A stretch of 63,889 bases of DNA, counting the filler, from an uncultured Methanosarcinales archaeon (lineage in GTDB: Archaea > Nanobdellota > Nanobdellia > Woesearchaeales > CAYXTQ01): the NCBI GenBank assembly GCA_964608065.1. It is 5 parts of 4 records of this genome, joined end to end, with 100 filler letters (N's around TTAATTAATTAA, not from the genome) between each part and the next. Parts side by side here need not be neighbours in the genome. Positions count along the whole stretch, not along the records: positions 1 to 16,471 come from CAZSMA010000001.1; 4 more parts are not named here. One strand, written 5' to 3'. The notes beneath the pieces are model-generated. The model did not search any database. It worked only from the letters and a program-made list of their open reading frames with translations, and was not told the DNA's origin. Shown here piece by piece: positions 1 through 9,097 of this stretch (positions within the stretch are counted from its first letter, which is position 1; the number at the start of each line of letters is the position of its first letter). The position numbers and the translations under genes were made by a program.

Positions 1-51
1 TGGAGGAATAGGTTACCATTGCACTAAAGTGCAAGGTATCCTTTGAATGTA

Positions 52-822
52 ATGAATTCAAAAAATAATAAAATTATAATAAAATATGATATTGGTGAAA
101 ATATAATAATAGAAAATGGGGTTATGAGGGTAGCTAGGTCTGCACATATACTAAAAATTCCAAAAAGAGTAAATAAGGATCTAGCCTATTTAGCAGGCTA
201 TCATCTTGGAGATGGTTATTTGGAAGATGTTAACAAAACTTTGAACAGACAGGGAAGAGGAAGTTATGAGATTGACTATGCTGACAATAATATTAAACAA
301 CTTGAAATTATAAATAAAATAATAAAAGATGAGTTTAATCATAAATTAAGAATTTACAAAAGACCTAATGTCAATTTATGGATAGCTAGAACTGACTGTA
401 AAGTTTTGCACTGGTTTTTAAATAAAAAACTAGAATTACCAATTGGAAGAAGAAAAATTATCAAAATCCCACAATGGATTCTTGCTAACGAAAATTTCAT
501 AAGTAATTTTCTAAGCGGTTTTTTCGACGCTGAGAGTGATGTAAGTAAAACTACAAACTGTATTGTAAAAGGCAAAAGATATTATAAGATAAGAATCCAA
601 TTAACTCAAAAAGATAAAAATATACTTAATGAAATACAAAAAATACTCAAAAACAAATATGACATAAAATCTTGTATTTTTAAAAAACATAAACAAGAAG
701 CTTTTATTCTAAAAATTGATGCTAGAAAACCTATTAAAATATTTAAAGAAAAAATAAATTTTAGACACCCAAAAAAAAGAGAAAAACTTGAAATATTATG
801 TAAAGAATTTAACCTATTATAA
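52..822 (+). CDS. Free-standing double-motif LAGLIDADG homing endonuclease family protein
   Basis: Motifs LAYLAGYHLGDGYL and FLSGFFDAESDV about 110 aa apart; no intein splicing motifs; ATG at 52 (TTG at 43 possible); 3' end overlaps the leuS stop. Confidence 0.85.
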   Translation: MNSKNNKIIIKYDIGENIIIENGVMRVARSAHILKIPKRVNKDLAYLAGYHLGDGYLEDVNKTLNRQGRGSYEIDYADNNIKQLEIINKIIKDEFNHKLRIYKRPNVNLWIARTDCKVLHWFLNKKLELPIGRRKIIKIPQWILANENFISNFLSGFFDAESDVSKTTNCIVKGKRYYKIRIQLTQKDKNILNEIQKILKNKYDIKSCIFKKHKQEAFILKIDARKPIKIFKEKINFRHPKKREKLEILCKEFNLL

Positions 823-3466
823 TAGCAGGTTTATTAGGTAATGCCTTAGCTGCTTTTTGATCTTTAGAATCTTCTGCTTTTACAAATTCAACAGAAGCTT
901 TAAAATTTTTTTCAAAAACCTCTTTAGAATTTACTAAATTCTCAAACTCTGTTTTCTGGTCTAATACTGCTTTTGGCATTTTGGAAGGGTCCTTTAAGAA
1001 TATAGGAATCATTTTTGTGATATCTTTCCCATGTTTTCTTAACTTCTCTTCTTTCATCACAGCCTTAATCAACCCACTTATATCTCTTTGTTTCTCAATC
1101 TCTTTCTTTAAGATTTTAACAAACTTATATTTCCATTCTGCTGAAACAATCATTGTAATCTTTTTAGGATTCTTAACATTAATCAGTTCTAGAACTGCTT
1201 TAATATCAGCTATTGTTCTGTCAATTAACTCATCTACAGCATCTAGTTTAACATCAATCTTATTCTTATCATATTTAGGCCATTTCTCTAATGAAATAAA
1301 CTCTTTATTTCCTAATTTCTCCCACAATTCTTCTGATAAATGTGGAACAAAAGGTGCAAGCATAATAACCAAACTCTCAGCAACTTTTTTATTTATTTCA
1401 TCAAAATTACTCAAATAGTTTACTAACTCCATTAAAGATATTATCGCATTATTTAGTCTAAAGCTTTCAAAATTCTCTGTAACTTCTTTAATTGTTTTGT
1501 GCATCTTACTTATCTGTTTATTATCATCTTTATCTGTTCTTTTTTTCTCAGTTATCAGCCTATAAACCTTATTCAAGAATCTAAAGCTTCCTTCAACACC
1601 TTCATCACTCCATTCCATATCTTTACCAGGAGATGCAACAAAAAGAAGAAACAATCTTCCTGTATCAATACCATACTTTTTAGAAACTTCTTCCGGCAAA
1701 ACAACATTTCCTCTGCTTTTACTCATTACATGATTTTCTTTATGCAACATTCCCTGGTTAAACAACCTTAAAGCAGGTTCGTCAAAATCAATTAATCCTA
1801 AATCCTTGAAAAATTTAGTAAAAAATCTGAAATAAATCAAATGTCCTGTAGCATGCTCCTTTCCACCAATATACTGGTCTATAGGCAGCCAGTAATTCGC
1901 TTTTTCTTTTGAAAATATATTTTTACTATTCTTAGAGTCAGCATATCTCATAAAATACCAGCTGCTGTCAACAAAAGTATCCATTGTGTCTGTCTCTCTT
2001 TTTCCTTTTCCTCCGCATTTTGGACACTTAACATTAAAAAATTTCTTTGATGTCAGCATTGGATTTCCACTACCGCCAAATTTTACATCTTCTGGAAGCA
2101 AAACAGGTAAATCCTTTTCAGGAATAGGAACTCCTCCACATTTATCACAATAAATTATTGGTATAGGGCAACCCCAATATCTTTGTCTTGAAATTAACCA
2201 ATCCCTTAACTTATAATTAATAGTGCTTCCTCCTTTTTTTCTTTTCTCTAATTCTTTATTGATCTCTTTAATAGCCTCCTTGTTATTTGTTCCATTAAAT
2301 TTATCAGAATTAACCAGATTGCCATCATCAAGATAAGCTCTGCTCATCTTATCAGAATCCAAGTCAAACATAGGGCTACTAATAACAACCTTTATAGGGA
2401 TATCAAACTTCTTGGCAAACTCAAAATCTCTTTGGTCATGAGCAGGAACAGCCATAACAGCTCCAGCACCATAGCTGTATATTACAAAATTACCTATATA
2501 AACAGGAACTTCTTCATTAGTCATTGGATTTATAGCATACTTTCCAATAAACATTCCTTTTTTCTCTGCTTCTGCATTTGTCCTATCAATAAAGCTTTCT
2601 TTCTGAATCTCTTGCAAGAATTTTTCAAACTCTTTCTCATATTTAGTTCCTTTAACCCACCCTCTCACCAAATGATTTTCTGGAGCAAAAACCATGAATG
2701 TAACCCCATATATTGTATCAACCCTTGTTGTGAATATCGGAATTTCCTCATTAGTATCCTTCATCTTAAATTTTATAAGTGTTCCTTCACTCCTTCCAAT
2801 CCAGTTCCTCTGCATTATCTTTATATCTTCAGGCCATTCTTTTAATTTATCCAATCCTTTCAGCAACTTCTCACAATAATCTGTTATTTTGAAAAACCAT
2901 TGATCTAAGTCCTTAACTTCAACATCTGTATCAGTATGCCTCCAGCACTTTCCCTGAACAACCTGTTCATTAGCTAAAACTGTTTTACATTGAGGACACC
3001 AATTTACAAAACTCTTTTTCTTATAAGCTAGTCCTTTCTTATACAACTGTAAAAATATCCATTGATCCCATTTATAATATTCAGGAGTATGACATGCTAA
3101 CATCCTATTCCAATCATAACTCAACCCTAATTCCTTTTGCTGCTTTACAAAATTCTTGATTGCGTTCTCAGTAAATATTTTTGGATGTGATTTAGCCTTA
3201 ATAGCAGCATTCTCAGCTGGCAATCCGAAGCTATCATAACCCATAGGATAAAGAACATTAAATCCATTCATTCTTTTGTATCTTGCAAAACAGTCTCCTA
3301 TTGCATAATTCCTTGCATGACCCATATGCAATCCTGAAGCGCTTGGATAAGGGTACATTTCTAGAACATAGTATTTTTTTTTTTTTATATCTACTTCAAC
3401 CTCAAATACTTTCTTTTCTTCCCATTTTTTTTGCCATTTCTTGGCAATTTTGTTGAAATCAACCAT
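809..3466 (-). CDS. leuS: Leucyl-tRNA synthetase (bacterial-type core, archaeal-type C-terminus)
   Basis: LEMYPYPSASGLHMGH (HIGH), FTTRVDT editing domain, LRDWLISRQRYWGCPIP, DTMDTFVDSSWY, VMSKS, terminal ALPNKPAIII. Confidence 0.97.
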   Translation of the reverse strand: MVDFNKIAKKWQKKWEEKKVFEVEVDIKKKKYYVLEMYPYPSASGLHMGHARNYAIGDCFARYKRMNGFNVLYPMGYDSFGLPAENAAIKAKSHPKIFTENAIKNFVKQQKELGLSYDWNRMLACHTPEYYKWDQWIFLQLYKKGLAYKKKSFVNWCPQCKTVLANEQVVQGKCWRHTDTDVEVKDLDQWFFKITDYCEKLLKGLDKLKEWPEDIKIMQRNWIGRSEGTLIKFKMKDTNEEIPIFTTRVDTIYGVTFMVFAPENHLVRGWVKGTKYEKEFEKFLQEIQKESFIDRTNAEAEKKGMFIGKYAINPMTNEEVPVYIGNFVIYSYGAGAVMAVPAHDQRDFEFAKKFDIPIKVVISSPMFDLDSDKMSRAYLDDGNLVNSDKFNGTNNKEAIKEINKELEKRKKGGSTINYKLRDWLISRQRYWGCPIPIIYCDKCGGVPIPEKDLPVLLPEDVKFGGSGNPMLTSKKFFNVKCPKCGGKGKRETDTMDTFVDSSWYFMRYADSKNSKNIFSKEKANYWLPIDQYIGGKEHATGHLIYFRFFTKFFKDLGLIDFDEPALRLFNQGMLHKENHVMSKSRGNVVLPEEVSKKYGIDTGRLFLLFVASPGKDMEWSDEGVEGSFRFLNKVYRLITEKKRTDKDDNKQISKMHKTIKEVTENFESFRLNNAIISLMELVNYLSNFDEINKKVAESLVIMLAPFVPHLSEELWEKLGNKEFISLEKWPKYDKNKIDVKLDAVDELIDRTIADIKAVLELINVKNPKKITMIVSAEWKYKFVKILKKEIEKQRDISGLIKAVMKEEKLRKHGKDITKMIPIFLKDPSKMPKAVLDQKTEFENLVNSKEVFEKNFKASVEFVKAEDSKDQKAAKALPNKPAIIIG

Positions 3467-3510
3467 TTTATTATAATTTTTTTATTTTATTTTTTTATTT
3501 TTTTTTTTTT

Positions 3511-3551
3511 AAAAAATAAAAAAAAAAAAAATGCAGAGCCCTTAAAGGGCT
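3511..3551 (-). terminator. Candidate attenuator hairpin plus U-tract upstream of leuS
   Basis: Minus strand AGCCCUU-U-AAGGGCU (3551-3537), then CUGCA and about 20 U (3531-3511). Confidence 0.6.
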
Positions 3552-3598
3552 AAAAGTAATAAAAGAAGTAATAACAGCGATAAACTTGTTTGTTTCAT
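3542..3598 (-). CDS. Leucine-rich leader peptide MKQTSLSLLLLLLLLLAL (candidate leuS attenuation leader)
   Basis: ATG one nt after the rpoN TAA; 11 of 18 codons are Leu, nine consecutive; ends 75 nt before the leuS ATG. Confidence 0.7.
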   Translation of the reverse strand: MKQTSLSLLLLLLLLLAL

Positions 3599-3599
3599 T

Positions 3600-3797
3600 T
3601 TAAAACTTCTTAAACTGTGCTGCCTGATCTATAAGCTCAACATTACCTAAAAACATTGCTCTGCAGCAATATCTTTCTAATCCTATCCCATCTAATACTT
3701 TCTTTCTATCTTCTCCTTTTTCAACTCTTTCTTCATACTCTTCCCATAAATGAGCTAATGGTTTTCCGCAGCTCCAGCATCTTATTGGTATTATCAT
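3600..3797 (-). CDS. rpoN: RNA polymerase subunit N (Rpo10)
   Basis: MIIPIRCWSCGK...RYCCR zinc motif. Confidence 0.97.
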   Translation of the reverse strand: MIIPIRCWSCGKPLAHLWEEYEERVEKGEDRKKVLDGIGLERYCCRAMFLGNVELIDQAAQFKKF

Positions 3798-3819
3798 GAT
3801 ACAGGTTAGAATTAAGGTT

Positions 3820-3840
3820 TGGTTTATAAAATTATCGGAA
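3820..3840 (-). promoter_or_regulatory. Archaeal TATA-box promoter for rpoN-leader-leuS
   Basis: Minus strand CCGATAATTTTATAAACC; similar CCG-N-TTTATAAA pattern upstream of rps13 (~9700) and RNase P RNA (~14280). Confidence 0.55.
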
Positions 3841-3992
3841 ATAAATTTTCAAGTGTTGAAAATTATTTAATCAATTAGTAATATATATATAACTCAGAAT
3901 ATAAAGGATAATAAATCCTAAAAAAAATACGTTACTACTTTAGAAACATAATAAAAAGAAAGATTTAAATATTAACTTATATTTTTAACATA

Positions 3993-4625
3993 ATGGGGGG
4001 TAACATGAGAACAAGCACAGGATTATCAAGAAGGGATTTCATTAAATATTCTGGAATGGGAGTAGCAGGTGTGATAGCTCCTAAAGAGAATTCTACTCAA
4101 AAAAATCAACCTGACATATATGCAAGAGCTGCTAAAATAATAATATCAAAAGGTGATATGAAAGAAAGAGATATAAAATACAAGGATGGTACTATATCTA
4201 CATTTGAACATAGATTTAAACCTAAAAAAGAAGATAAATATGATTATACTATTCATAAGAGTGTTGACAATTCAAACTCTTCTACTCTTAGAGAAGAAAT
4301 ATGGGGAGGTATTACCCTACCGACATGGCCGCCTAGTTCAGAGGATATAGAAATAGAGAGAATTTATTTCTTTGCAGATTTAGCTGATGGTGAATTAGAT
4401 AGATTTGACGTAGGGTACCGTGTAAATGGAACTTTAGATGTTAAGTCTTACGGTAAGAGCAGCTACTCTGAAGAATACAGGACATTGTTTGATCTCCACA
4501 AAAATATGATGCAACAAACTTTTGATGATTCTATTAAAGGATTGTTAAACCCAAATAAGGAAATTAATTTAGAGAGTATTTTAGGTAAATTAAAAGAATT
4601 GTATGCTATATCTCCTGAAAGATAA
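3993..4625 (+). CDS. Hypothetical protein with twin-arginine-like N-terminal motif
   Basis: LSRRDFIKYSGMGVAGVIAP; rest not recognised; start may be ATG 4005. Confidence 0.65.
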   Translation: MGGNMRTSTGLSRRDFIKYSGMGVAGVIAPKENSTQKNQPDIYARAAKIIISKGDMKERDIKYKDGTISTFEHRFKPKKEDKYDYTIHKSVDNSNSSTLREEIWGGITLPTWPPSSEDIEIERIYFFADLADGELDRFDVGYRVNGTLDVKSYGKSSYSEEYRTLFDLHKNMMQQTFDDSIKGLLNPNKEINLESILGKLKELYAISPER

Positions 4626-4633
4626 CTTAATTT

Positions 4634-5779
4634 TTATTGTGAATGATAATTTATTCTTTCTATAATATGTTTTGGCGTTTTTAGTCTTCTTATATCCAAG
4701 TTATTCTCTTTCCTTACTCTCTGAACTTTTATAGCACTTACACCAACTTGTTCTGCTATTTGCCAAGCTGGAGCAGAAGGGTCTTTATGATGTAATTCAA
4801 TAATCTTTTTAATTATTTTTTGAGGTATTTTATTGTGAGGATGGGGCATCTTACTTTTGTAATCTTTTAATTCATCAAAATCACCATAAAGACTTAGCAT
4901 TCTTAGAAATTTATTGTATTTCTTAGGACTTAAACACATAAGTCTCTGTTTAAATAATTTAAGATTGTTTTCTTTTTTAGAGACAATTAATCCAACAAAA
5001 TTATCATAATTAGTTGAGCTTATTCCTAATCTATTTAAACAATCTTGGAATATTTTTCTTTCTTCAAATTTATTAGAACTTATATAAACCCTATAATGTT
5101 TAGATTGTTTATGAATCTCTACATTTGATTCTCCAGCTATTATTCCTCTCATAAAATTCCTTATTTCATCTTCTTCGTAACTTAATATATTTTGAGTCGT
5201 TTTTTTAACAAAATTCTTTATTATCTGACTTAGAATATTATTTTTACGTTCAATAATCAAAGTACCATAATCATAAAACCCCAATTCCTTATTCTCAGTA
5301 TTTTTAATATAACTAACTTTTTTAGGATAAGCTTGTTCTAGAGATAAACCTATTTTTTTAATCCAATGATTAACAACTTTACCCTCAACTTCTTTTTTAT
5401 AACTCTGATCCAAAGGTTCATTAATATTTATTTTTATGTACCATTTCCATCTATCTTTTGGAAAATAAAGTTCTTTATCAAACCAATTAATTACTTTGTT
5501 GATTAATTGGTGTTCGTGATTACAAAAATTAATACAGCCATTTTGTGTTTTGCCCATCTCTGCTTGTAGCAATCCTAAAACTTCAAATGTTTCATTTGTT
5601 TTTGAAATAAAACGCGGGATAATGTAACAATATTCCCTAAAACCTGCGTGTTCAGAAGGACGAAAGTAATAGCAAGTTAAAGATTCATCATCTACTTTTA
5701 CTTTCAACTCATATTCATATTTATTCTTCCCACTAACAATATTTTTTGGGAGATACTTTATTAAATCAATTTTTTCCAT
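4634..5779 (-). CDS. LAGLIDADG-like protein with C-terminal helix-turn-helix
   Basis: Divergent motifs FEVLGLLQAEMGK and FMRGIIAGESNV; C-terminal IIELHHKDPSAPAWQIAEQVGVSAIKVQRVRK is HTH-like. Confidence 0.75.
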   Translation of the reverse strand: MEKIDLIKYLPKNIVSGKNKYEYELKVKVDDESLTCYYFRPSEHAGFREYCYIIPRFISKTNETFEVLGLLQAEMGKTQNGCINFCNHEHQLINKVINWFDKELYFPKDRWKWYIKININEPLDQSYKKEVEGKVVNHWIKKIGLSLEQAYPKKVSYIKNTENKELGFYDYGTLIIERKNNILSQIIKNFVKKTTQNILSYEEDEIRNFMRGIIAGESNVEIHKQSKHYRVYISSNKFEERKIFQDCLNRLGISSTNYDNFVGLIVSKKENNLKLFKQRLMCLSPKKYNKFLRMLSLYGDFDELKDYKSKMPHPHNKIPQKIIKKIIELHHKDPSAPAWQIAEQVGVSAIKVQRVRKENNLDIRRLKTPKHIIERINYHSQ

Positions 5780-5874
5780 TTTTTATACCCTCTGAAATCT
5801 CATCTTATGTAAGATTTTCTTTTCATTTATTGAAAGGAATCTCTCAGAGGTCAAAAAAAAAAGAGAATGTTAAG

Positions 5875-5967
5875 CTAAACTGCATAATAGATTTTAGATG
5901 TAATAGAAAATCTTAATTTGGTAGTTTTGCGTGTTCTCTTTTTTGTAGAATTAGTAGATGTATTCAT
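5875..5967 (-). CDS. Possible 30-aa basic small ORF (MNTSTNSTKKRTRKTTKLRFSITSKIYYAV)
   Basis: GAGGT ribosome-binding site shortly upstream of the ATG; no homology recognised. Confidence 0.3.
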   Translation of the reverse strand: MNTSTNSTKKRTRKTTKLRFSITSKIYYAV

Positions 5968-6116
5968 TTATATACCTCACGCGAGGTTGGCCAGTGGCCA
6001 GTGAGTCAATAAATAATTAAAAGGTCTTAAAAAGGGTATAGAAGCGTTTTTAACCTCTATTCTTAAAAAAAGAGATAAAATATCTTTTATAGACTAAAAG
6101 AACTTCAAAATAACTT

Positions 6117-6509
6117 TTATCTGTAACTTTTTTGACGCTTAGCCCTAGCTTTTGAATCATTAGGTTTATAGACTTCTTTCCTTCTGACATCTGCAACTAA
6201 TAAATGTCTGTCATATTTTGAAAATACTTCCTGCAATTTCTTATCATACTTAGCTAAAGCTCTTGCAATTGCTAATCTAGAAGCTTCAGCTTGACCATTA
6301 ATTCCTCCTCCAAACACATTAATATCTATATCAATTTTATTTACTATATCTCCTGCTAATAATAAAGGTTCTCTAATCTTTAATCTTGCTAATTTTGGAG
6401 TAAAATTATCTAGTAAAACGCCATTGACTCTTACTTTTCCTTTACCTTCTCTTAAAGTTGCTCTTGACACTGCTCTTTTTCTTTTACCTGAAGTGTGTAC
6501 TACTTTCAT
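6117..6509 (-). CDS. rps9: 30S ribosomal protein S9
   Basis: SGKRKRAVSRA, GGGINGQAEA, ARAKRQKSYR. Confidence 0.97.
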   Translation of the reverse strand: MKVVHTSGKRKRAVSRATLREGKGKVRVNGVLLDNFTPKLARLKIREPLLLAGDIVNKIDIDINVFGGGINGQAEASRLAIARALAKYDKKLQEVFSKYDRHLLVADVRRKEVYKPNDSKARAKRQKSYR

Positions 6510-6916
6510 ATTTTACCACCTAAATATTGACATATTTCTCTTACAGTTATGCCTTTGTTAAGTTTAGACATTGCTGCTTCTTTAACTTCATTATATTTTT
6601 TATCTTTAAACTCTTCAGGAACTCCTACATAACATTTTATATTCTTAAAAGCATTTTTACCCCTGTCTTTTTTATAAGGCAGCATGCCTCTTATTGCCCT
6701 TCTCACAAATCTATCAGATGTTTTAGGAATAAAAGGACCTTTAGATGGAATTCCTCTATCAAACTTATGTTTATATCTTGTTAAGATTTCCCTTTTTTTT
6801 CCTACTACAACAGCATTCTCACAATTAATTATGTCTATTTTCTCTCCTAACAGGCTTTTCTTTGCAACAACTGTTCCTAATCTTCCAAGTATTGAATTTT
6901 TAGCGTCAATTATCAT
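6506..6916 (-). CDS. rpl13: 50S ribosomal protein L13
   Basis: MIIDAKNSILGRL, RRAIRGMLPYK. Confidence 0.97.
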   Translation of the reverse strand: MIIDAKNSILGRLGTVVAKKSLLGEKIDIINCENAVVVGKKREILTRYKHKFDRGIPSKGPFIPKTSDRFVRRAIRGMLPYKKDRGKNAFKNIKCYVGVPEEFKDKKYNEVKEAAMSKLNKGITVREICQYLGGKI

Positions 6917-7272
6917 CCTATTATCTTAACCCCTTTCCCTTTTATATTCTCTTTCATTAAATCTGTAATTGTCATTGCTTTTGCATTTTTTTCTTTTATC
7001 TTTTCCAACGCTCCTTCTGAAAAACTATAAGCTGCTATTGTCAGTTTATGGTTCAATAAACCTGACCCTAAGACCTTTCCTGGAACTATGATAGTATCAT
7101 TCTCCTTAGTGTGATGGCTGATTCTTGATAAATTAACAACTCTTCTCTGTCTTGTTGGTTTTTCCAGGTCCAGAGCTATCCTTTTCCATATTTTAAGACT
7201 CTGCTCACTACTTAATCTTTTTAAATCTTCAATAAGTTTTCTCAAATTCTGATTTGTTGGACCTGTTCTCAT
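6913..7272 (-). CDS. rpl18e: 50S ribosomal protein L18e
   Basis: RTGPTN, VNLSRI, VPGKVLGSG. Confidence 0.97.
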   Translation of the reverse strand: MRTGPTNQNLRKLIEDLKRLSSEQSLKIWKRIALDLEKPTRQRRVVNLSRISHHTKENDTIIVPGKVLGSGLLNHKLTIAAYSFSEGALEKIKEKNAKAMTITDLMKENIKGKGVKIIG

Positions 7273-7300
7273 CTTAAATTATTATTTTATTTTATTTTTT

Positions 7301-8089
7301 TTATTTCTTTAATTCTTTCTCAAAACATTGAAGTTGTTCCTGAAACATATTCAAAGATTCGATTGCGATCTCTTTTGGACTTAACTGCCCCCAGCTTTCT
7401 ATATAAAAAACAAACTCATCATCATTCTCTGTCAGTTTTACAGCATCTGAAGTGTCAACACAGGCTTTGCATAAATGGCATTTAAGCATATTATCTTTGT
7501 TGACAACAACTTTGTCATTCTTCAGCTCAAATATATCTACTGGACAGCTTTTTACTAACTCTTCAGGATTAGATGGATTCTTGGTTAATTCAATAAATGG
7601 CTTATACTTATAATAACATAAGCAAGGGCTCCATTTTGTATGTTCTTTTCCTTTTCCTAGTATCATAATACTTTCTAATTCAAGTTCCTGGTTTTTTAAT
7701 AATTTAACAATAGGTGTCTTTGGAAAGACTGGTTTTACTTTAGGATCCTTTGTTTTGATTTCAGAAGCATAAACTGTTCCAGGACCTTTAGCTTTTAACA
7801 CCATCTTCAATGTACATCTTGCGCATCCTTCACCTTTGCACTTACATTTTTCAGGTAATGTATAAGATTTCAAATCTGTAGTAAATGGTATTAACCCAAG
7901 TCTGTGAGCAATTATCTCATCATATAATATTGAATTATTCTTTCTAAACTCTACTTCTTCTACTGCCATTACTGGAACATCCTCTATCATATTCCTTCTT
8001 AATAAATTAGCTATCTGCGGGTTTATTCCTTTAATAACAAAAGAAATTTTATTCTTTTCTTTATCATTTTCCAATAATTTGACTTCCAT
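7301..8089 (-). CDS. rpoD: RNA polymerase subunit D (Rpo3) with Fe-S ferredoxin-like insert
   Basis: ANLLRR, YDEIIAHRLGLIP, CPVDIF...CHLCKAC; start moved to MEVKLL at 8089. Confidence 0.95.
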   Translation of the reverse strand: MEVKLLENDKEKNKISFVIKGINPQIANLLRRNMIEDVPVMAVEEVEFRKNNSILYDEIIAHRLGLIPFTTDLKSYTLPEKCKCKGEGCARCTLKMVLKAKGPGTVYASEIKTKDPKVKPVFPKTPIVKLLKNQELELESIMILGKGKEHTKWSPCLCYYKYKPFIELTKNPSNPEELVKSCPVDIFELKNDKVVVNKDNMLKCHLCKACVDTSDAVKLTENDDEFVFYIESWGQLSPKEIAIESLNMFQEQLQCFEKELKK

Positions 8090-8090
8090 A

Positions 8091-8507
8091 TTAAACCCTC
8101 CTACCTCTTCTGCCCCCTTTTTTTCTGCAGCCGTCATGAGGCACAGGAGTAACATCTTCTATTATTCCGATTTTTAGGCCCATCCTTGATAAAGCTCTTA
8201 CAGCTGCCTGAGCTCCAGGACCTGGTGTCCTTACACCATTATGGCCGCCTTTAGCCCTTATCTTAACATGAATTCCATTAATACCTTTTGACATTACTAT
8301 ATCAGCTACTTTTTTTGCAGCCATCATTGCTGCTGTCGGTGAACTTTCTAATCTATCTGTTTTAACAACCATTCCTCCTGAAACCTTTGCTATAGTCTCT
8401 GTTCCTGTAATATCTGTCACATGGATTATAGTATTATTATAGGATGAATAGATGTGGCATATTCCCCATCTTAGATTTCCTCTTCCCATAGTATCTCTTC
8501 CTCTCAC
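8091..8507 (-). CDS. rps11: 30S ribosomal protein S11
   Basis: [40 protein letters not shown]; start may be 8489. Confidence 0.97.
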   Translation of the reverse strand: MRGRDTMGRGNLRWGICHIYSSYNNTIIHVTDITGTETIAKVSGGMVVKTDRLESSPTAAMMAAKKVADIVMSKGINGIHVKIRAKGGHNGVRTPGPGAQAAVRALSRMGLKIGIIEDVTPVPHDGCRKKGGRRGRRV

Positions 8508-9037
8508 TTTTTAGTCTCCTTCTTACCTGCAACTCTTTCAGGATGATCCTGAGATGCTAATTGTGATAATTGTGAGAAATTTATCTTCGGTTCTTCTGCT
8601 GTTACAACTAGATATGAGGGTGATGTAATCTTTTTATCTCCTATGCTGACATGGCCATGTACAATAAACTGTCTTGCCTGGCTTGCAGTTTTTGCAAGTC
8701 CTTTTCTAAAAACTAAGGTCTGTAATCTTCTTTCCATAATATCTTTAGGGGTAAGATTAAGTACATCTTCTAATTTCGATGTTTTTGTTATTAACCCTAA
8801 TGAAGATAATTTATTCAATAATTGTATTTTTTCTTTTTCTCCTTGTTTTGTTGTATCTGCAATTAATTGTCTTGTTATATTGATGAAAGTTCTAAGCATA
8901 GACTTCATTCTCCAGATTTCTTTTTTATTTCTGAAGCCATACTCTTTAGTTATTCCTTTCTCTTCATCTATCCTTTCTTTCTGCCAAGGATGTGATGGCT
9001 TCTGATATTTTTTTCTTTTTTTCTTTGGGTCTCCCAT
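8504..9037 (-). CDS. rps4: 30S ribosomal protein S4
   Basis: MGDPKK...[22 protein letters not shown]. Confidence 0.97.
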   Translation of the reverse strand: MGDPKKKRKKYQKPSHPWQKERIDEEKGITKEYGFRNKKEIWRMKSMLRTFINITRQLIADTTKQGEKEKIQLLNKLSSLGLITKTSKLEDVLNLTPKDIMERRLQTLVFRKGLAKTASQARQFIVHGHVSIGDKKITSPSYLVVTAEEPKINFSQLSQLASQDHPERVAGKKETKK

Positions 9038-9097
9038 TTTTGACTCCGTTAAAAATGGGGCTCAAAAATTTTTGAAAAAAATTTTTTTTGTCCCATT

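Noticed and set aside
1..33. Minus strand GCACTTTAGTGCAATGGTAACC resembles a tRNA 5' half
   Set aside because: Acceptor/U8 register and D-stem do not fit, it is cut by the window edge, and a simple hairpin explains it
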